Shown here in pieces: positions 59,124 to 64,000 of a DNA stretch of 64,000 nt. A program made the translations under genes and the position numbers. The stretch is from a virus. The stretch spans positions 12,274 to 76,273 of the IMG/VR virus record IMGVR_UViG_3300037504_000213. One strand, written 5' to 3'. Numbering within the stretch: the first letter of the stretch is position 1; every line of letters starts with the position of its first letter. The notes beneath the pieces were generated by a model, which was not told the origin of the DNA, made no database searches, and saw only the letters and a list, made by a program, of their open reading frames with translations.

Positions 59124-59420
59124 TTAACCGTTTGATGCCTTGTAAAATTCTTCCCTAGACGCCTCTAGCAGTTCCTCAATCTCAAGCTCAAAGGCCTCAA
59201 TTTCATCCCATGTGAAAATCCCACGCGCCACAGCAGCGTCACTCATGTGTTCGTGTATTTGGAAGATAGGGCGGTTCAATGCTTGTTGCCATAAAAATGG
59301 GTCGTATTGGTTTGGGAACGCTGGCAATTCCCACGCAAGATTGAGGTCATAGAATGGGTCTACTTGTTGCCAAAAGTCTAGCATATGCTTAAGTTGCTCT
59401 CTCAAAATTTTCTTGTGCAT
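59124..59420 (-). CDS. Hypothetical protein
   Basis: AAGGAG SD. Confidence 0.55.
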   Translation of the reverse strand: MHKKILREQLKHMLDFWQQVDPFYDLNLAWELPAFPNQYDPFLWQQALNRPIFQIHEHMSDAAVARGIFTWDEIEAFELEIEELLEASREEFYKASNG

Positions 59421-59422
59421 TT

Positions 59423-59683
59423 TTACTTCTCCTTCTTTTCCCTAATGGCGATTTCCACAATTCGCTGGTTTTGTGTGGACGTGAAAAATTTCCTTTCGAC
59501 CGCCGTCATATCGACGAAGGACGCTGGCATAGTTCGTGCTTCATGAATCTTTTCCAGTGAAGCTGCCAGATCACTATAGTGATCGTTGGCTTCTTCGATG
59601 GAGTCAAACTCACTGACTCCATCGTCTCTTTTGACGATATGAGGGGAATCCTCAGTGAACCGCCATGTTACAATATATTTCAT
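59423..59683 (-). CDS. Hypothetical protein
   Basis: Fits the operon. Confidence 0.5.
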   Translation of the reverse strand: MKYIVTWRFTEDSPHIVKRDDGVSEFDSIEEANDHYSDLAASLEKIHEARTMPASFVDMTAVERKFFTSTQNQRIVEIAIREKKEK

Positions 59684-60033
59684 ATCTCCAACCTCCCGTC
59701 CACAATCTCATAGTTGGCGGCTTCGTTATCCCGCCAGTCATTCGTCCACGCTGCGATATTGATTGTTAGCTTCCCGTTCTTCCACAAAATATCAAGCTGG
59801 AAGTAAACATCTAGCCAACTGTGGCTCCACAGCGTTGAAAATTTGCAATTTTCCCGCTGATTTTCTATAATTGCGGCTAGTTCTCTAGTTAGCCGCAAGT
59901 CTGTGCTGCCCTCAATTATCACCCGCGCCGCTTCTGCTACGTCATAAAATATATTCTCATACAGGCGGTCGCTGCCACCCGCATATCTTGTAAGCATTGA
60001 TTCGAGTTCTTCTAAAGATTCCTCATACTTCAT
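59680..60033 (-). CDS. Acidic hypothetical protein, paralogue of 60512-60916
   Basis: Shares LEELESML..Y and FY.VA. Confidence 0.6.
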   Translation of the reverse strand: MKYEESLEELESMLTRYAGGSDRLYENIFYDVAEAARVIIEGSTDLRLTRELAAIIENQRENCKFSTLWSHSWLDVYFQLDILWKNGKLTINIAAWTNDWRDNEAANYEIVDGRLEI

Positions 60034-60097
60034 TTTTATCCCCTTTTATATATAGGTGGGGCGGTTCATGTGATAATCCCCGCCCCTGTGAGTGAGT

Positions 60098-60451
60098 CTA
60101 TTTATCCTCTTGCGTCCATTCTGGGAAAGGTTCCTCGAAATTATCCACAATCTCCTGAGTGCCGAACCGCACGGTTGAACCGCCCCGATTCAAATCGATG
60201 CTTGCAACCATCCTGATATAGTGATCGCCGCTTCTGGTATATGTTATCAGAGTCCCCGATAACCCGCACTCATCTAAGGATTCGACCTTTAGGTACAGTT
60301 TCGCTTGTGTCATGAATCCAGCGGTGAAATTTGCGGACCGAATATCCCAGGTTTCCCCGCTGGCATACTTGCCGCTTGCGATCTTATGCCAGCATCGCAC
60401 GTTGTAAAACGGCAAACGCTTTGCAATCTCATTAAAAAATTCGTCTTTCAT
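60098..60451 (-). CDS. Hypothetical protein
   Basis: GGAG SD. Confidence 0.55.
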   Translation of the reverse strand: MKDEFFNEIAKRLPFYNVRCWHKIASGKYASGETWDIRSANFTAGFMTQAKLYLKVESLDECGLSGTLITYTRSGDHYIRMVASIDLNRGGSTVRFGTQEIVDNFEEPFPEWTQEDK

Positions 60452-60511
60452 CTCAGTATCTCCATATGTAGTAATTTAGGTTAAATAGGGCGGTCCATGT
60501 AACAAGTGAGT

Positions 60512-60916
60512 CTAGTTTGCGATATAAGCGCCGCTGCTATACCAACTTACTTTGACTTCGTGATCAAGGGGTTCTTGTTCATCGAAGTTCCCCAACCAAC
60601 TGGTTAACCGAATATCAATGTTATCCCCGTCCCATGAGATGCAAAGCCTAAACCACGCTTCTACCCTATGGCCTATCGGGTAAATTGAACGATTCCACGA
60701 TTCTTCAAACAGTACGCAATCTGGATCGTTATCAACTAACTCCCCGCCAGTGCTTACAAAATCACATTGAGCATACTTGTCGATAGCATCGCTAATATAT
60801 GCTGCTACGTTATAGAACTTATCCTCATCAAGCTCTGATTCCCCGTCTGACTCTGTATACTCTTCAAGCATTGATTCGAGTTCTTCTAAAGCCGACCTGT
60901 AAGTCGTGTTATCCAT
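60512..60916 (-). CDS. Highly acidic hypothetical protein
   Basis: GGGGAG SD; D/E-rich. Confidence 0.6.
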   Translation of the reverse strand: MDNTTYRSALEELESMLEEYTESDGESELDEDKFYNVAAYISDAIDKYAQCDFVSTGGELVDNDPDCVLFEESWNRSIYPIGHRVEAWFRLCISWDGDNIDIRLTSWLGNFDEQEPLDHEVKVSWYSSGAYIAN

Positions 60917-60919
60917 TTT

Positions 60920-61189
60920 TTATCTCCCCTTTGCGCTTTCATCTTGTTTACGAAACCATATATCAAAGATGGACAATTGCTTGCCCCAAACGTAGTTCAT
61001 CGCTTGTACCGCATTTGCAATATCACCCGCGTTAAAGAGCGCGACAATCAAGTCTTTTTCTGCATTCTTAGGGTCAAGGATTATCTTGGCTAATTCGAGT
61101 AGCGTTCCAAGGCTTTCGCCGTGATGGTGACGCCACCACCACAAAAATTTAATCCTTCGAGGTAAAGATTTAATAAATTCCTTTTTCAT
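60920..61189 (-). CDS. Hypothetical protein
   Basis: Start MKKEFIK after AGGAG. Confidence 0.55.
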   Translation of the reverse strand: MKKEFIKSLPRRIKFLWWWRHHHGESLGTLLELAKIILDPKNAEKDLIVALFNAGDIANAVQAMNYVWGKQLSIFDIWFRKQDESAKGR

Positions 61190-61262
61190 CTCGTTATCTC
61201 CTGTATATAATGTAGATTGAATAGGGCGGTTCATGTAATAATCCCCGCCCCGATTGAATTAG

Positions 61263-62024
61263 TTAGCAGTCTATGGTAATATTCGGGCCGTCGTCTTCAG
61301 ACGACCAGCTTGTACCATAGGTCCATGCTTGGCCGTCGTAATGAAAATAGTCAGACTCGAATTCCATTGCATTATGCACAGCTTGGCCGTCGTGAACGAT
61401 AAACGGGCGCAGTTGCATCATTGCATATACGCCGCCAGTTTCCCAGTTAGGGTAAACGTACATATCGAATATTATTCTTACTTCATATTCCGTGCTTCGG
61501 CAAAAATTGTCAAAAGGCCCGCGCCCCCAACGTCTGATATTATTCGTGTCTAAGCGAAGTACAATCCCGTTACCGAGATCGATCTTAATGATCGGAAACT
61601 CATGATCGCGATCATATGGATCGTATTCAAAGTCACTGGGATCTATCTCTTCCCCAACTTTATATGATATGATTTCGCTTTCTTTCATTTGTGCTAGCCC
61701 TACCATATAATCATGGCCCTTGCCCAACCGTCCCGATTCAAACTCTGAGATTTCAAGGTCTTGAGCGGAATCAAACCAATAATGATTAGAATTGTACGAC
61801 TCCCAGTAATGGCGGTCATGCCCAAATTCCGCCAAGGCGTCACTTTCATAAAGCACCGTTGCGTTAAATACCGTCGAGTCTTGGTACTCGTACTGTGCGA
61901 TTTGTTCCATTATCTTGTTGTGTTCTGCTGGAGTCAACGGCAATGAAGCCGAATCCCCGCAACGCTCGCACGTTTCAAATTCTGACACATTACCGCAATT
62001 TTCACAAAAATAATGCTGGTTCAT
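61263..62024 (-). CDS. Acidic hypothetical protein with N-terminal Zn ribbon
   Basis: CENC..CERC; AGGAG SD. Confidence 0.6.
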   Translation of the reverse strand: MNQHYFCENCGNVSEFETCERCGDSASLPLTPAEHNKIMEQIAQYEYQDSTVFNATVLYESDALAEFGHDRHYWESYNSNHYWFDSAQDLEISEFESGRLGKGHDYMVGLAQMKESEIISYKVGEEIDPSDFEYDPYDRDHEFPIIKIDLGNGIVLRLDTNNIRRWGRGPFDNFCRSTEYEVRIIFDMYVYPNWETGGVYAMMQLRPFIVHDGQAVHNAMEFESDYFHYDGQAWTYGTSWSSEDDGPNITIDC

Positions 62025-62096
62025 GTTTTTTTGTCTCCTGTATATAATGTAGATTGAATAGGGCGGTTCATGCTAGGCAATTCCCGCCCGTGTGCC

Positions 62097-62576
62097 TTAG
62101 CGCGAAAGATTCGGAAGTAAGCCCTTCAACACTTTCGAATAGTGGCGCTTCCATTGGAACCGCGAACGTTCACGGTACGGCTCAATAACGCGATCATAGA
62201 AGTTGTCGCGCCCGTCATCGGCGTATGTGACCTTTAGTATGTCATGGATTAATTCCTTATATGCCTCTGGTGCGTGATTTTCTATGAATGCGTACAGATC
62301 AATATATGCATATTGCACTAACGGGCGCTGCTCTGAGTTGAGCTTGTTATAAATATAATGTTTCCAGTAACGCTTAATCTCGTTCCATCTTTGCCAATAG
62401 GCTTTATTGGCACGTCGAACAGCGCTTGCATTATAGCCAGCACGGTTCATTTCACTTACCAAACCGTAATGAACAAGTCCATAGTGCGCGATCTCGTTTG
62501 CCACGATCCAGCGTTTTAATCCAACGCCATACGAAAAACTGGCGTATCGCTTCTTAGCTTTCTCTAAGTTACTCAT
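62097..62576 (-). CDS. Hypothetical protein
   Basis: AGGAG SD, first gene after a promoter. Confidence 0.6.
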   Translation of the reverse strand: MSNLEKAKKRYASFSYGVGLKRWIVANEIAHYGLVHYGLVSEMNRAGYNASAVRRANKAYWQRWNEIKRYWKHYIYNKLNSEQRPLVQYAYIDLYAFIENHAPEAYKELIHDILKVTYADDGRDNFYDRVIEPYRERSRFQWKRHYSKVLKGLLPNLSR

Positions 62577-62612
62577 TTTTTATCTCCTGTGCTCTCTCTC
62601 ACTCACATTTAC

Positions 62613-62727
62613 ATTATAGCACAATTGGATAAAATATATTCTGTATAATGTCACATTTTCACGCGATTAATGTCATGCTCAAATAATGACATTTATCAAT
62701 TGGATTGATCTTGCATTATGGTATACT
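62613..62727. promoter_or_regulatory. Divergent extended -10 promoters sharing three TGACA-type sites
   Basis: Minus TGCTATAAT, plus TGGTATACT; sites at 62642, 62664 and 62687. Confidence 0.7.
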
Positions 62728-62760
62728 AGATGCAGATTAGATAAGCAAAAAGGATTAAAA

Positions 62761-63147
62761 ATGAATATCAATGAATTTAAACAATTGATTAATCAATACC
62801 TTAACGGACTCGACGTGCGTGATCTTCCTGACATTGACTTTTACTACTATTACGATCCCGACCTATCCGATGCCGATTTTGATGCAATGGCGCAAGACTG
62901 CGCCACAGATATTTTGTATGATGCGGGCCTTTTACAAGACGAAGATGATGATGACTGGCCTACCGATGAAACAATCCGCATTATCGAAAATACGGAATAT
63001 TTGTATTTACGTGCTGTCAATATTGCGGGGGAGGGGGCAAGGGAATTTAAAGAGGAATTTAAAGATGATATGTATGATATGATTGGCACCGATGCTTATT
63101 GTGTAGATTGGTCTAAGGTGGCAAATTATTATTGCGATGATTGCTAA
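62761..63147 (+). CDS. Very acidic 128-aa protein (possible DNA mimic)
   Basis: Start MNINEF after AAGGA; about 34 D/E versus 8 K/R by manual count. Confidence 0.6.
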   Translation: MNINEFKQLINQYLNGLDVRDLPDIDFYYYYDPDLSDADFDAMAQDCATDILYDAGLLQDEDDDDWPTDETIRIIENTEYLYLRAVNIAGEGAREFKEEFKDDMYDMIGTDAYCVDWSKVANYYCDDC

Positions 63148-63169
63148 ATAAAGGGCTAGCAACCCAACT

Positions 63170-63198
63170 AAAGGACTCCTCATCACTGGGAGTCCTTT
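63170..63198 (+). terminator. Intrinsic terminator
   Basis: AAAGGACTCC-N9-GGAGTCCTTT then ATT. Confidence 0.7.
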
Positions 63199-63319
63199 AT
63201 TGATTCTGTATATTAGCACTATGCCTGTATTACGGGGTTTCTTAAAATTCCCAGGTTTTTTGAGAATCCCTGAACTTTCACCTTACGGTCTTAATATATC
63301 TCGTTATACATTACAAAAA

Positions 63320-63398
63320 AAATAAATGTCATGGTTTCAATAGTGATTGTCATAGTTTGATATATGACATTTGTCAATCTGAAATATGACATTTGTCG
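63320..63398. promoter_or_regulatory. Cluster of four TGACA-type sites
   Basis: 63320, 63341 (both degenerate), 63365 TGACATTTGTCA, 63387 TGACATTTGTCG. Confidence 0.65.
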
Positions 63399-63866
63399 CG
63401 GTAGGTGAGACTTGGGCAAGTATTCTTAATATATATTTAGGTTGGATAAAATTTAGTGTGTGAATAGGTCACCTATGCCGCAATAGGCCCCCTACTACTT
63501 ATTTAATTTCATTCATACCTCTTATCTCACCACAAACACACACTTAGCACACACTAGACTCAATCACTTAGTAACATCAATACAATACATAACAACACAC
63601 TTACATAATAGCAGATCATGCCGTCCTGGCTACCTACCCTACGCCATAGACCGCATTTTCCGAAACCGCCATATATACGATTCATTCTACATTACGCCCC
63701 CACATATACGGCAGTATTAGACCTGTAATGCGGCGAGATACTGGCGTAATGGGCTACCTAATTCTGATACTACAGAACGTGAAGCTAACCACATTGTAGC
63801 CTAGGCACTAAGTTTTTATAGCTCAATCGTTCTAATTGGCACTAGTGGAGCCTGGAGAAACCAATT

Positions 63867-63880
63867 AGAACATGTGTTCT
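63867..63880. promoter_or_regulatory. LexA (Cheo-type) SOS box
   Basis: AGAAC-ATGT-GTTCT. Confidence 0.55.
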
Positions 63881-64000
63881 ACAGCACCTGTTATATAACT
63901 TGTATTGTGGATATAAGTTGTCTAGATTGTAGACAAAATAATAGCACGCTATCCGTTAAGATAACGTGCTAAGTGAAGGGATGAGGGGGGTTAGGCTAAG

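Larger units (their letters stand above)
60058..62089. repeat. Four dispersed intergenic GGGCGG-hairpin repeats
   Basis: Copies at ~60058-60086, 60488-60500 (partial), 61197-61251 and 62034-62089. Confidence 0.85.

Noticed and set aside
1-64000. Integrase, att site, lysis cassette, DNA polymerase
   Set aside because: None recognisable in this window; they may lie outside it, so lifestyle is undetermined.

Overview
A 64 kb segment of a tailed dsDNA phage (siphovirus-like gene order, standard genetic code). No integrase or repressor is recognisable in the window. From the left, on the minus strand: tape measure (runs off the window), tail chaperone pair with a probable -1 frameshift, tail and neck genes, two glycosyltransferases inserted in the neck module, capsid, protease, portal and terminase. 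Next comes a ~10 kb nonulosonic-acid (pseudaminic/legionaminic-like) biosynthesis cluster. The middle holds SSB, two DNA methyltransferases, six tRNAs, dCTP deaminase, a probable origin (31.1-32.4 kb), ThyX, Ro60/Rsr with a Y-RNA-like leader, macrodomain, MazG and pentapeptide proteins. A plus-strand replication block follows (AAA ATPase, DnaB, DnaC-like, truncated RF2 homologue), then a long arm of small early-type genes whose promoters carry a repeated TGACA-N2-TGTCA site. Best candidates for undescribed biology: (1) three adjacent genes encoding a stand-alone bacterial amyloid-signalling (GDFIGRD) motif and two stand-alone effector-associated (EAD7-like) domains, possibly decoys against host NLR-type immunity; (2) a phage-encoded nonulosonic-acid pathway linked to structural-module glycosyltransferases; (3) an RF2 mimic lacking the GGQ domain. 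EAD7-like and GDFVGRD-like motifs plus a GAAC-N4-GTTC SOS box suggest a Terrabacteria host, possibly Chloroflexota (inference). All family calls come from motif recognition by eye, not database searches.
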